Positions 10,850 to 21,540 are shown, counted from the stretch's first letter. The stretch: 54,187 bases of DNA from Candidatus Velthaea sp. (GCA_050012475.1 JBEKHC010000023.1:1-54187); one strand, 5' to 3'. The notes: generated by a model not told the origin, from the sequence alone. Numbers and translations are program-made.

Positions 10850-12544
10850 CTAACTGACGACCGACTTCGGAACCGGACGGCCTTGGGTCGACGCGGCCGA
10901 GGCCTCCGGCCAGTACGCCAACCGCGCGTATTGCGCGACCATCCGCTGGGTGTTGAAGAACGAGCCGTTCACGGCGATCGAGTGTCGCATCATCTCGCCG
11001 TACGCGTCAGGCGATGCCGCGAGAAACCGCGCCGCGTGTTCGATTTTCTCGTAGATGCTCTCGTCGCTGTTTTCGTCGATTGCCCAGCCCGTCCGATCCT
11101 CGATGCAGCCTTCGATCCACCAGCCGTCGAGCACGCTCAAACTCGGGATGCCGTTGAGCGCCGCTTTCATGCCGCTCGTTCCGGACGCTTCGAGCGGCGG
11201 CTGCGGATTGTTGAGCCAGATGTCGACGCCCGAAATGATGTACTTGGCCAGCGTCATGTCGTAGTTCGGCACGTAGACGACGTCGATCACGTCGCGCAGC
11301 GCCGCGCGCGCTTCGAGCACGTGACGAATCGCGGCTTTCCCGGGTTCGTCGTGCGGATGCGCTTTGCCGCCATACACGACTTGCAGCCGCCCGACCTTCG
11401 CGCACAACGCGCGCAGGCGGACCGGATCGTGAAACAGCCAATCCGCGCGTTTGTAGCCGGTGGCGCGCCGGGCGAAGCCCAGCGTCAAGACATCGGGTGC
11501 GAGCCGCACGCCGGTGCGCTCATACACTTCGGTGATCAGCGCGAGCTTGGCCTCGGCGTGCGCGGCCTTGAATTCATCGAGATGGATACCCGTCGCGTGA
11601 CGCAGCTGATAGTTGTCGCGGCGCCATTCGGGAATGGTGCGGTCGAAGAGATGCGCGAACGGCGGCGCGACCCACGTTTCGGCGTGAACGCCGTTGGTGA
11701 TCGCGGAGATCTCGTAGCCCGGAAACATATTGCGCGAAACTTCGCCGTGGCGCATCGCAACCGCGTTGCAGAAACGCGAGGCGCGCAACGCGAGGTGCGT
11801 CATGTTCAGGGTACCTTTTTCGATCAGCCCCAGCCGGCGCAGACGCTCGGTCGGCTCAGGCCCCAGCACGCTGCGCAGCAGCACGGCGTCGAAGCGGTCG
11901 TGACCGGCCGGGATCGGGGTGTGCGTGGTGAACACGCAGTACGGCTTGACCGCATCGAGGGAGACCAGCGCGGTGCCCGGCGTACGCTCGAGCAGTTCGA
12001 GTGCGACGAGCGCCGCATGCCCCTCGTTCATGTGGTACGTTTGAATTGAACGATGTCCGAGCGCCTCGAGCATCCGGCCGCCGCCGATGCCCAAGACGAT
12101 TTCTTGCGAGAGCCGGTAACGAGCGTCGCCGCCGTAGAGGCTGGCTGTGATCGTTCGGTCCTCCGGCGTATTGTCGTCGAGATCGGTGTCGAGCAGGTAG
12201 ACGGGCACGACATGGCCGTCGACGCCGACCACATCGTAGTGCCAGGCAGCGATGCGAACGGCGCGGCCTTCGATCGTCACCGTCACCCGCGCCGAAACGC
12301 GCTCCAGAAGCTTGGCGGGCGACCACTTGTCGGGTGCCTCGTGCTGTTTGCCATCGGCATCGAGACTCTGGCGGAAGTACCCGTTGGGATACGCCAATGT
12401 TATCGCGACGAGCGGCAAGCCTAGATCCGCGGCGGAGCGCAGCGTATCGCCGGACAGAATGCCCAGACCCCCGCTATACGTAGAAAAGCGTTCGTCGAGG
12501 GCGATTTCCATCGAGAAGTAGGCAATTTGCGCTGCTGCTGACAT
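10850..12544 (-). CDS. glgP: Alpha-glucan (glycogen/maltodextrin) phosphorylase
   Basis: AYFSME, YSGGLGILSGD, HMNEGH, FTTHTP, ITNGVH, FARRATGYKR, EASGTSGMKA; start could be 12559. Confidence 0.95.
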   Translation of the reverse strand: MSAAAQIAYFSMEIALDERFSTYSGGLGILSGDTLRSAADLGLPLVAITLAYPNGYFRQSLDADGKQHEAPDKWSPAKLLERVSARVTVTIEGRAVRIAAWHYDVVGVDGHVVPVYLLDTDLDDNTPEDRTITASLYGGDARYRLSQEIVLGIGGGRMLEALGHRSIQTYHMNEGHAALVALELLERTPGTALVSLDAVKPYCVFTTHTPIPAGHDRFDAVLLRSVLGPEPTERLRRLGLIEKGTLNMTHLALRASRFCNAVAMRHGEVSRNMFPGYEISAITNGVHAETWVAPPFAHLFDRTIPEWRRDNYQLRHATGIHLDEFKAAHAEAKLALITEVYERTGVRLAPDVLTLGFARRATGYKRADWLFHDPVRLRALCAKVGRLQVVYGGKAHPHDEPGKAAIRHVLEARAALRDVIDVVYVPNYDMTLAKYIISGVDIWLNNPQPPLEASGTSGMKAALNGIPSLSVLDGWWIEGCIEDRTGWAIDENSDESIYEKIEHAARFLAASPDAYGEMMRHSIAVNGSFFNTQRMVAQYARLAYWPEASAASTQGRPVPKSVVS

Positions 12545-12771
12545 GGCCTCATGTTTCATGGGATGCGATTTGACGTTGATCGGGCATCTTGCTTCGGCGC
12601 TACGGGAAGCCGTCGCCTTTTCGCCTGACATGCTACTCGCGCCGGAGCGGGGCGTTGTTGTGGGAATCGGCCGCTCCGTAAAAAGGCCTTAGCTTCACCG
12701 CGGCGGCCCCAGGTGACTTCAACGGAGTTCCGACCAAAAGATTTTCACAGGTACGTTGTGCTTCGAATTCG

Positions 12772-14832
12772 GTGCGCCGAATTATACAGCAACGGCGTCT
12801 GCCCCGGGCGCCAGCATCTGCCGACGCATCGAGAGGTAGGGAGACCGCTATCGGCCAGGACCTGCAAGCATTGCGCCTGTCAGCGTCACGGTATTTCGTA
12901 CCGCTGCTCTGGCTGCACGTGCCCGTGATCGCCGGCATCGCGTATGCCGACCGCATGCCCATCGTGCGCGCGACGTCGATCATGGCACTGGCCGCGACGT
13001 TGGCGTGGATCGCGGTCTGGCGCTGGGGGGGCAAACTCCCCGCCCGGCTGACCGTCGCCGCCGCGCTGACAGCGGCACCGATCCTGATGGTCTACGTCGG
13101 GTCGGGAACCTGGCAAGTCGATTGGCACATGTATTTCTTCGTCATTTTCGGGATGCTGGTCGCTTATGTCGATTGGCGGCCGATTGCGCTCTCGGCGGCG
13201 CTGACGGCGGCTCATCACGCCCTGTTGGCGTTCATCTTTCCGCAGGCAGTTTTCCCCGAGTCGGACTTCGGCCGCGTCCTGCTCCATGCTTCGATCGTCT
13301 TGGTCGACGCGTTCGTCCTGTTCTGGATCGTGCGCCAGATGGCGCTCCTGTTCGCCCGGATCGCCCAAACGCAGCGTATGCTCGAGGAGCGCATTACCGA
13401 TCGAACGCTGCAAGTCAGCCAGCTCAATCGGGAACTCGCCGGCAAGGTGGCGCAACTGCAAGACGCCTTCGTCGAACTCGAGCGCGATGCGGCAGAGCGC
13501 AAGCTCGCTGCCCGGCGGCTCGAACACCTGGCGCACCACGACGCCGTGACCGGGCTGCCCAATCGAGCATTGCTGATGGATCGCATGGCGATCGCGCTTG
13601 CGAACGCGGCACGCGCGCAGACCGCCGTGCTCGTGATGTATCTCGACCTCGACGACTTCAAGCACGTCAACGATATCTTCGGGCACGCCGCAGGCGACAC
13701 GGCGCTGGCGACGGTCGCGACCCGCTTGCGCAAGTGCATTCGCACCGGCGACACGGCGAGTTGCGTCGGCAGCGATGAATTCGTCATCGTCTGCGGCACC
13801 CCCGACGCGAGCACGGATACGGCGCAAATTGCCACACGGATCCTGGACGCCGTGGCCGAGCCGATCGTTAGCGGCTCGCGCACGATGAACCTCACCGCGA
13901 GCGTCGGCATCAGCGTCTTTCCCGGCGATGCCCGGAGCGCCGAAGAACTCATCGCGCGCGCCGATGCGGCGATGTACCGCGTCAAACAGCGCGGGCGCAA
14001 CGGGTATCATCTGTACACCCAGGCGCTGCACGCCGAGATCATGTCCCGCAGCACGCTCAAAGCCGATCTCGAGCGAGCGGTCGAACGCGATGAGTTCGTC
14101 GTTTTCTACCAGCCGGTGATCAGCCTGACCTCGCGCGCAATTATCGGCGCCGAAGCGCTCGTGCGTTGGCAGCATCCGACGCGCGGGCTGCTGCCGCCCA
14201 GCGAATTCATTGAATTCGCTGAAACCAACGATTTGATCGCGCCGATCGGTGAGGCGGTGATGCACGCGGCATGCGGTCAGCTCAATCGCTTCATGCTCAG
14301 GCCCGATGATGAGTTCACGATGGCGGTGAACGTCTCGGCGGTCCAGTTCCGGCGCCCCGGCTTCATCGATTCGGTTTTGGCGGTCCTGGCCCAGCACCAG
14401 ATCGATCCGCTGCGCTTCGAGTTGGAGATCACCGAGAGTGCGGTCATGAACGACACGAACACGGCCATCCGGACGCTCACCGCGCTCGATGCGCTGGGCG
14501 TCAAGCTGTCGATCGACGATTTCGGAACCGGTTACAGCTCGCTCGCCTACATCAAGACCTTCCCAGTGCAAACCTTGAAGATCGACCGGTCGTTCGTGCG
14601 CGACATCGCCGAGAATGCGACCGACCAAGCGATCGCGGCAACCATCATCACCCTGGCGCACAATCTCGGAATGCGCGTGATCGCCGAAGGGATCGAAACC
14701 GAGCAGCAATTCGATCAAATGCGCGCGCTGGGCGCCGATGACATGCAAGGGTATCTCATCAGCCGGCCCCTGAGCGCGGCGGACTTCGAGCGTTTCATGT
14801 GCGCGTACGGGTCATTCCGACTGGCGGCGTGA
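12772..14832 (+). CDS. Membrane-anchored GGDEF-EAL protein, probably a c-di-GMP phosphodiesterase
   Basis: Several TM helices (WHMYFF, AAHH); HDAVTGLPNR, DLDDFK, degenerate GSDEF; EALVRW, ELEITES, DDFGTGYSS, KIDRSF, AEGIE. Start uncertain. Confidence 0.92.
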   Translation: MRRIIQQRRLPRAPASADASRGRETAIGQDLQALRLSASRYFVPLLWLHVPVIAGIAYADRMPIVRATSIMALAATLAWIAVWRWGGKLPARLTVAAALTAAPILMVYVGSGTWQVDWHMYFFVIFGMLVAYVDWRPIALSAALTAAHHALLAFIFPQAVFPESDFGRVLLHASIVLVDAFVLFWIVRQMALLFARIAQTQRMLEERITDRTLQVSQLNRELAGKVAQLQDAFVELERDAAERKLAARRLEHLAHHDAVTGLPNRALLMDRMAIALANAARAQTAVLVMYLDLDDFKHVNDIFGHAAGDTALATVATRLRKCIRTGDTASCVGSDEFVIVCGTPDASTDTAQIATRILDAVAEPIVSGSRTMNLTASVGISVFPGDARSAEELIARADAAMYRVKQRGRNGYHLYTQALHAEIMSRSTLKADLERAVERDEFVVFYQPVISLTSRAIIGAEALVRWQHPTRGLLPPSEFIEFAETNDLIAPIGEAVMHAACGQLNRFMLRPDDEFTMAVNVSAVQFRRPGFIDSVLAVLAQHQIDPLRFELEITESAVMNDTNTAIRTLTALDALGVKLSIDDFGTGYSSLAYIKTFPVQTLKIDRSFVRDIAENATDQAIAATIITLAHNLGMRVIAEGIETEQQFDQMRALGADDMQGYLISRPLSAADFERFMCAYGSFRLAA

Positions 14833-15062
14833 GGCCGACGGGGCGGCTGATGGGGCGCCCGCAAGAAACGGCAATCGTTGTACGTTGAGCCCGCTTGGTT
14901 GGTGAAATCTGACGCCGGAGGGCGTTTGGCAATACGTTGCCGGCGAAGCGCCGCGGCCGCCCGGTCGACCGACGGCGTCCGAGGGTAAGCCGGCCTGGGT
15001 TTGCAATCGGCCAATTGCGGCAACGACCATCGCGTGACTAGTCCGCCTCTGCAGCCGCATCG

Positions 15063-16634
15063 ATGGTGACGGCTCAGGCTGCGCGAATGACCGCGCAGCG
15101 TTTCGCTGTTCCCGAGGTGACGCCGCGTCCGCAGCCCGGTCTGCGAGGTGTCGCGATCGTCGTGTCCGCCGTCCTCGCCATCCTGGTCGATCAGACGTCG
15201 ACGTCGATCGTGAATACCGGTTTGCCGTATCTGCAAGGCATCACCGCCGCGTCGCCGGACGAAGGCTCGTGGATCGTCACCTCGTTCAACGCCGCGTATT
15301 ACGCGTCGATCCTCTTCAGTCCGTGGCTGATGGCTCACACCGGGCGCAAGCTGCTCATGGTCGTCGCGCTGGCCGGCTTTTCGCTGGTCTCGCTGATCTT
15401 GGCGGCCACCGCCGACTACCATCTGCTGCTCGTTTTGCGCTTCGTTCAGGGGGCGTTGCTGGGGTGTGTGTTCGTGCCGGCCGCGCTGTTGCTGTTCACC
15501 TCCCTGCCGATGCGCGCGCTCAAGTACGCACCGCCGGCATTCGTCCTGGTGTCGCTGAGCGGTTCGACGTTGGGAACGGTGATCGGCGGATATTTTGCCG
15601 ACGCGTTCGGCGGGAGCTCGGTGTTCGTTCCCGGGTGCGTGGCCACGCTCGCGACGGCGCTGCTGATCGCGTTCGCGGTCAATGCGCCCGATCGTGCGCA
15701 GCCAGGTCTCCGCTTTGACGCCGTGGGTCTGACACTGTCGGTGATCTCGTTCGGGGCGATGCAGTATTTAGCCAACGAAGGCGAGCGGCGCAATTGGCTC
15801 GACGACTCCTCGATCGTTTTGGGGATCGCGGTGCTGGCCGTCGCGCTGCCGGCGTTCATCATCTACGAACTCTATCTCACCCGCGATCCGCACGTCGATT
15901 TTCGAATGTTCGCCGCCCACCGGAATCTGTCGGTCGGCGGCGTCATCAACATCGCGATCGGGGCGATCGGCTACTCGGTGACGGTTTTCGTCGCCTACTT
16001 GGAAGCGGCCCTGGGGGCGACGCCGACGGACGCCGGGGCGCTCGTGCTGGTCCGATTGGCAACGTACGCGATCGGCGTGCCGGCCGCGTTCGTCCTCATC
16101 ACCGCGCTGCGGCTCGATATCCGGGCCGTCGTGATCATCGGCGTGCTGGGCTCGGCGGTCGGGCTCACCGGGTTCGCGCACGCGATGACGACGACCGCCG
16201 AGCTGAGTTCGTTCATCGGTTTGTCGCTGCTCTTCGGGTTGTTCTTCGGCATGATGAATCAGCCGCTGGGCGCTCTGGTCATCGGCAGCATGCCGCTGCC
16301 GCTGTTGGCAGCCGGAGTATCGATCTATAAATTGACGTCGCCGGTCGGACTGATGATTGCGACGGGCGGGATGCAGGCGGTGCTCGACCACCGCACCGCG
16401 GCGTTCCGCTCGGCGATCGCCGAAAATCTGTCGCTGGGCCGCGCCGTCGTGGACCGCTACGTGATGATGCACCACGGCAGCGCGGCCGGATTGGCGGAGC
16501 TGGCCGCTGCGCAGGCGCAAACCTTGTCGTACGCCTCGGTGATGCGGCTGTTTGGGTTCATCTTGCTGGCCGTCATTCCGATCGTGTTCCTCGCCAAAGT
16601 CCAGAAACCGGCAGCGCCCCCGTCCAATGTTTGA
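15063..16634 (+). CDS. MFS transporter, DHA2/EmrB-like
   Basis: About 14 TM; SWIVTSFN, LRFVQG, EGERRNWLD. Confidence 0.88.
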   Translation: MVTAQAARMTAQRFAVPEVTPRPQPGLRGVAIVVSAVLAILVDQTSTSIVNTGLPYLQGITAASPDEGSWIVTSFNAAYYASILFSPWLMAHTGRKLLMVVALAGFSLVSLILAATADYHLLLVLRFVQGALLGCVFVPAALLLFTSLPMRALKYAPPAFVLVSLSGSTLGTVIGGYFADAFGGSSVFVPGCVATLATALLIAFAVNAPDRAQPGLRFDAVGLTLSVISFGAMQYLANEGERRNWLDDSSIVLGIAVLAVALPAFIIYELYLTRDPHVDFRMFAAHRNLSVGGVINIAIGAIGYSVTVFVAYLEAALGATPTDAGALVLVRLATYAIGVPAAFVLITALRLDIRAVVIIGVLGSAVGLTGFAHAMTTTAELSSFIGLSLLFGLFFGMMNQPLGALVIGSMPLPLLAAGVSIYKLTSPVGLMIATGGMQAVLDHRTAAFRSAIAENLSLGRAVVDRYVMMHHGSAAGLAELAAAQAQTLSYASVMRLFGFILLAVIPIVFLAKVQKPAAPPSNV

Positions 16635-17466
16635 ACGCGTCGTCGCCATCGTCGACGGATCGCCGACCGCGCAGTACGCCGTCGGCGCCGGCATCACCGT
16701 GGCCCGCGAGGATGCCGACGAGTTGACGTTCTGCGTGACGATCGATCCGGAACTCGGCGCCGACGGCGTGGGCACGACGTGCTTCGAGCAAATGGCCGTC
16801 CAGCTCAGCCGGCAGATGCTCGACGAGGCGCTCGAGCGTGCCCGGACGTCGGGCGTCCCGCGCGCGACGGGGAAGATTTTGCAGGACGAACCAGCGCGCG
16901 GCGTCGTCGCCTTCGCGCGCGCCGAACGTGCTGGTCTCATCATCCTGGGGCTTGCGCCGCGTATCGGGATCTTGCGCCCGTTCATCCGCAGCCTGGCCGA
17001 AGAGATTCTGCGCGAAACGACGATCCCGCTGTTAGCGGTGCGCCGGCCCGCGCGCGGCAAGCTCAACCGGCGCATCCTCGTGCCGATCGTCGACGACGAC
17101 CTTTCGCACCTGGCCGTGACCTATGCCGTTGCGCTCGCGCAAAACTTTCGTTCGTCGCTGTTTTTCTGCACCGTTCAGGATGCGTCGGGCGAGCACGCAG
17201 CGATGCACGCGCTCAACCGCGCGCGGCGCGACGCGGAAGCCGGGGGCGTCGCTTCGGACGAACTGCTCCTGCCGCGCGGCGACGACATCACGGCGGCGAT
17301 CGTGCGCAACGCGGACGTGCACGCGTGTGATTCGATCGTGATGGCCACGCATCTGCGTGAAGGGCTGCCGCGGCTCATCGAAGGCAGCGTGACCGAAGCC
17401 GTACTCTATGCCAGCGAAGTCCCCGTCGTCATCGTGCGCGCGCCGCATCCGTCAGCGGTCCGCTGA
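16627..17466 (+). CDS. Universal stress protein with tandem USP domains
   Basis: MFERVVAIVDGS; RRILVPI; IVMATH...EGSVTEAVL...PVVIV; start overlaps the MFS stop. Confidence 0.88.
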   Translation: MFERVVAIVDGSPTAQYAVGAGITVAREDADELTFCVTIDPELGADGVGTTCFEQMAVQLSRQMLDEALERARTSGVPRATGKILQDEPARGVVAFARAERAGLIILGLAPRIGILRPFIRSLAEEILRETTIPLLAVRRPARGKLNRRILVPIVDDDLSHLAVTYAVALAQNFRSSLFFCTVQDASGEHAAMHALNRARRDAEAGGVASDELLLPRGDDITAAIVRNADVHACDSIVMATHLREGLPRLIEGSVTEAVLYASEVPVVIVRAPHPSAVR

Positions 17467-17949
17467 AGGGGCGCCCGCGTTGGCCGTCGGCGCCCGGCGC
17501 GGAACGAACAGATTGGCCGTCAGCTCCTGGACGACCGCACCGGCTTGATTGATCGTGCGCGAACGCACCGTGACCATGCCCGTGTCGGGACGCGAGCGCA
17601 GCGGCCGCGTCGCCAGGACTTCGCTCTCGACGTGGATCCGGTCTCCGGGCCGCAGCACGGCCGGCCATTTGATCTCGCCCCCGGCTCCGATCAGTCCGCC
17701 GCTGATGGCCAGACCCGACTCGACCAGCAGGCGCATCGTCAGCGCCGCCGTGTGCCAGCCGCTGGCGACTTGCGCCCCAAAAAACGAAGCCGCACCCGCT
17801 TGCGGATCGAGATGAAACGGCTGCGGATCGAACTCGCGGGCGAAGCGTTCGATCGCGGTGCGGTCGACGCTGATCTCGGGCGAACGAAACGTCATGCCCA
17901 GCGAGAAGTCCTCGAAGGCATTGGTGGCCGTCTGGGCGGTCGTGTCCAC
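17452..17949 (-). CDS. MaoC family dehydratase
   Basis: FAREFDPQPFHLD, ASGWHTAA, LRPGD; SD AAGGAG before the GTG. Confidence 0.9.
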   Translation of the reverse strand: MDTTAQTATNAFEDFSLGMTFRSPEISVDRTAIERFAREFDPQPFHLDPQAGAASFFGAQVASGWHTAALTMRLLVESGLAISGGLIGAGGEIKWPAVLRPGDRIHVESEVLATRPLRSRPDTGMVTVRSRTINQAGAVVQELTANLFVPRRAPTANAGAPSADR

Positions 17950-17962
17950 GGTGTCGGGCTCC

Positions 17963-19498
17963 TTATTCTGCGGCGAGCGCGGCCGGTGCGACCGCGTGCT
18001 TGCGTGGGCGCAACAGGACCACGAAACATGCGGCGCCGGCGGCCAACGGTACGAGCACGTAAATCGCGTCGGCGAACCCGGCGTTCGTGGCTTGGGTCGC
18101 GATGGCGTGGGCAATGCGGGCCGGCGACGCACTGCCGTGCAGCAGCCGGTCCAGATTGGGGTTGGCGAGCGTGGCGAAGCTGCGGTAGACGTCCGAGTGG
18201 AACGACGTTCGCCGATCGAAAACGGTGACGAGCGCGGTACTGACGATCGATCCGCCGAGCTGCACGGATAAGCTGATGAAGGAGCTTGCCTTGGGCGAGT
18301 CGAGCGGCGACACCGTGCCGATGACGCTGACCAACAGCGGAACGAGCAGCATCGACTGACCGATCCCGCTGATGACGAGCGCAAGCTGGAAGGTGCCGAA
18401 GTCACTGACCGGCGTCATGCGCGCGCCGATTGCCGCGAAGCTCAGCGCGCTGAGCAAGAAGCCCGCAGCGAGCAGCAAGCGCGTGTCGATGCGGGTCGCG
18501 AAACGGGCCACCAGCGGCGTGAGCGCGAGCACCGGCAGCGCGCGCGTGAGGATCAACAGACCGCTGAGCGTCGCGGTGAAACCCAGCACGTTCTGCACGT
18601 ATTGCGGCAGCATCACCGTCGGGCCGAAAATCACCATCCCGAGCAAGATCGCGCAGACCGTTCCGACCCGCACGTTGGCGTAGCGAAAGATGCGCAAATC
18701 GACGATCGGGTTGCGCGCGCCGCGCAGTTCCCAGACCACGAATGCCGCGAGGCCCGCCAGCGCCGTCAGCGCGAAGCACACGATGCGGGTGTCGTCGAAC
18801 CAGTCGTTGCGCTCGCCTTCGTCGAGCACGTATTGCAACGAGCCCAAGCCCAGCGCCAGCAGGCTCACACCGATCCCGTCGAACGGAATCCTGCGCGGCG
18901 GCGCCGGATTCCGCAGCATCGTGAGCATGATCGCGAGGGCGATCGCGCCCGGAACGATGTTGATGTCGAATACCCAAGGCCAAGAGAAGTTGTCGGTCAG
19001 CATACCGCCCAGCGTCGGGCCCAACGCGGGTCCGACGGTGAGCGCGACGGCGAAAAGCGCCGAACTCGTCCCGAGCTTTTCGGGCGGAAACGTGTCGCGC
19101 AAGATGATTTGGGACGTCGCGATCAGCCCGCCGCCGAACGCGCCTTGAAGAACGCGAAACAGCACCAGAGTGGTGAGCGACGTTGCCGTGCCGCACAAGA
19201 ACGACGCGACCGTGAACCCGGCGATGCACAGCGAGTAATAGCGGCGGCGGCCCAGGCGCTGCAGCGCAAAGGGCGCGAGCGGGATCGCGATCACGTTCGA
19301 GATGATGTAGCCGGTGATGATCCAGGTGCCGTCGTCGATCGACGCGCCGACGTTCCCTTCGATGGTCGGTAAGGCGACGTTGACGATCGTCGCGTCGAGT
19401 GTCTGCAGCAGCGCGGCCAGCATGACGCCGGCGACGATGAGGTAGCGCCGGCGGCCGTATTCGACCACGTCGACCGGCGCGGCGGAGGCCGCACTCAC
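17963..19498 (-). CDS. DHA2 family MFS efflux transporter
   Basis: LDATIVNVALP, WIITGY, FRVLQGAFGG, GPALGPTLGG, WPWVFDIN; GTGA overlap with the TetR stop. Confidence 0.93.
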   Translation of the reverse strand: MSAASAAPVDVVEYGRRRYLIVAGVMLAALLQTLDATIVNVALPTIEGNVGASIDDGTWIITGYIISNVIAIPLAPFALQRLGRRRYYSLCIAGFTVASFLCGTATSLTTLVLFRVLQGAFGGGLIATSQIILRDTFPPEKLGTSSALFAVALTVGPALGPTLGGMLTDNFSWPWVFDINIVPGAIALAIMLTMLRNPAPPRRIPFDGIGVSLLALGLGSLQYVLDEGERNDWFDDTRIVCFALTALAGLAAFVVWELRGARNPIVDLRIFRYANVRVGTVCAILLGMVIFGPTVMLPQYVQNVLGFTATLSGLLILTRALPVLALTPLVARFATRIDTRLLLAAGFLLSALSFAAIGARMTPVSDFGTFQLALVISGIGQSMLLVPLLVSVIGTVSPLDSPKASSFISLSVQLGGSIVSTALVTVFDRRTSFHSDVYRSFATLANPNLDRLLHGSASPARIAHAIATQATNAGFADAIYVLVPLAAGAACFVVLLRPRKHAVAPAALAAE

Positions 19499-20127
19499 GT
19501 CGGCTGCGCGCGCTGGGCGTCGACGTACGATGAGATCTGATCGATCACCGTGCGCATGCGTTGCGGTTCCCGGTACAGCTTGGCCAGCAAGATGCCGCCT
19601 TCGAGCGCCGCGACGATCGTGTTCGCCACGGCGGCGGCGTCGAGGTCGGCGCGAAACTGTCCGGCGAGGCGACCCGCCTCCAGCGCCTCGACCACCAAAC
19701 GCAGCCACCCGTTCATCGCGGCGCGTGCGCGCCGCAGCAGCGCCGGATGCGTATCGTCGGCTTCAACGGCGGTGTTGAGAATCGGGCAGCCGCCTTTCAA
19801 GAACGGTTGCTCGGAGAGCACGCGATAGACATCGAACATCGCGCGCAGCCGGTCAGCGCCGTCGGCGTGGGCGCGGAACGCGGTCTCGAGACGCTCGCGC
19901 AACACCGCTGCGGCATAATCAAAGGCCGCCAACGCGAGATCGTCCTTCGAGCCGAAATGGTTGTAGACGCCGCCTTTTTCGAGTCCGGTGGCCGCCGACA
20001 CGTCGGCTACCGAGGTTCCGGCGAAGCCGCGCGTGTTGAACAAGCCGGCCGCCTCCCGCACGATGCGCCGTCGCGTCCGCTCACCTTTGCGTAGCGCGCC
20101 GCCGCGGGCGTCCGTTGCGTCATCCAT
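19495..20127 (-). CDS. TetR/AcrR family regulator
   Basis: GERTRRRIV...GFAGTSVADV...KGGVYNHFGSKDDL; C-terminal GGCP. Confidence 0.95.
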   Translation of the reverse strand: MDDATDARGGALRKGERTRRRIVREAAGLFNTRGFAGTSVADVSAATGLEKGGVYNHFGSKDDLALAAFDYAAAVLRERLETAFRAHADGADRLRAMFDVYRVLSEQPFLKGGCPILNTAVEADDTHPALLRRARAAMNGWLRLVVEALEAGRLAGQFRADLDAAAVANTIVAALEGGILLAKLYREPQRMRTVIDQISSYVDAQRAQPT

Positions 20128-20177
20128 CGCCCTACGGTAACGAGTCGCCGGAAAAAAGTCAATACGGTCGGTTTTTT
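20128..20177 (-). promoter_or_regulatory. Leaderless sigma70 promoter of the tetR-MFS-maoC operon with probable operator
   Basis: TTGACT-N17-TACCGT-N6-ATG with no SD; adjacent AAAAAACCGACCGTATTGACTTTTTT. Confidence 0.6.
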
Positions 20178-20375
20178 GGTGTGTCCGGAGCTGGTTACAC
20201 GCACGTCGGATCAGCGTTTAACATGGTACGGCTTGCGCTCAGCCGACTGGTTGGATTCTGTCTTGCGGACCATTCCTGGCGGCTTTTGCGAACGATCTTC
20301 ACTTGGGCAAACAAGACGGCGACCGTGCAGAATGCGAAACGGACGGCGACCCCGCTCATGCGAATGGCTTCGTCC

Positions 20376-20702
20376 ATGCGCGACGACATCTGCGTCGAGC
20401 CGGTTGAGGGACTGCCCGAGGAACCGGATCGCGACCTGGTCTTGCGCAGCCTCGACGCCGCCGACCGCACGCGTGCATTCATCGCTGCGTACGGTCTCAC
20501 GGACGTCGATCGAGGCCGCCTGCTGGACTCCGCCGTTTTGCGCTGCACGCGCGTCTGGCACGCGATGCGTTACCGGGCCGAACACGAGGGCGGCGGCTGG
20601 GCTCGGATGTGGAACGAAGGCGTCGGCGACGTCCTGGTGCGCAGCAAAGCTTGGCTCGAACGCGAACGCCAATCGCTCGAAACGGCAATCGGGCGCTCGT
20701 GA
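20376..20702 (+). pseudogene. C-terminal fragment of an aminoglycoside-phosphotransferase-like protein
   Basis: RAFIAAYGL...RCTRVWHAMRYRAEHEGGGWARMWNEGVGD...AWL resembles APH-family C-termini; no HxD/DFD catalytic core upstream. Confidence 0.5.
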
Positions 20703-20881
20703 GACGGGCCGCCGTCATCGATGGGTGTGCGCGTTGCGTCGGCGTGGCCGGACGATGCGGCGAGCCGCGGTCCCCGTTCGCGAGAGGCGCTTTTGCATTT
20801 TGCGATCGCTGGCACAGTTGCGGCTCCGATGACCGAAGTTGCGCCGAAAGCAACGTCAACTTTTAAGGAGAAGCAAGCCGT

Positions 20882-21322
20882 ATGGCGGATGAACTCCAGT
20901 ACCACGGGGCGCAAAATGACGGTTACGAGATAAGCACCGACCCCTCGCGAATCGACATCGATACGGTCGAGCGATTCCTCCGCGCTTCGTACTGGGCGTC
21001 GCAGCGGCCCCGGTCGAAGATCGCACGGTCGATCGAGACTTCGATCGTCTTCGGCGTTTACGAAAACGTTCGTCAGATCGGTTTTGCTCGCGTCGTGACC
21101 GACCGCGTGGATTTCGCTTGGCTATGCGACGTCTGGATCGATTCCGAATTTCGCGGCCATGGGATCGGAAAATGGTTGATGGAAACGGTGTTGTCGCATC
21201 CGGACTTGCAGAATCTCCGGCGCTGGATCCTCGCGACCAAAGACGCGCACGGGCTTTACGAGCAGTTCGGGTTCGTCCCGCTGGGCGACCCGAAAGTCTG
21301 GATGGAACGCACGAACAGCTAA
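20882..21322 (+). CDS. GNAT N-acetyltransferase
   Basis: QIGFARVVTD, WLCDVWI, FRGHGIGKWL, DAHGLYEQFGF; SD AAGGAG. Confidence 0.95.
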   Translation: MADELQYHGAQNDGYEISTDPSRIDIDTVERFLRASYWASQRPRSKIARSIETSIVFGVYENVRQIGFARVVTDRVDFAWLCDVWIDSEFRGHGIGKWLMETVLSHPDLQNLRRWILATKDAHGLYEQFGFVPLGDPKVWMERTNS

Positions 21323-21328
21323 CTTCGT

Positions 21329-21364
21329 GCGCGATGTTTAACCGTAACCGTTGCAACATCGCGC
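21329..21364. terminator. Stem-loop between convergent GNAT and cfa genes
   Basis: GCGCGATGTT...AACATCGCGC perfect 10-bp inverted repeat just after the GNAT stop; no U-tract. Confidence 0.4.
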
Positions 21365-21540
21365 CGGCCACGCCTTCGTTTCTCGAATACACGACCTCGC
21401 GGGGGCGAATGTGCTTGGCGCTGCGTGGCGCGCTGTGCATGTCGTTTGGCGGCTTTGGCATACCGTCTCGCGCTGGAAAACGACGGCGCCGCCCATGACG
21501 ACGTGTGCACCACGATCGAACCGGTGTAGCGGCGCCCGAC

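Noticed and set aside
20810..20822. TGGCAC..TTGC as a sigma54 promoter
   Set aside because: The spacing is N2 rather than the required N5.
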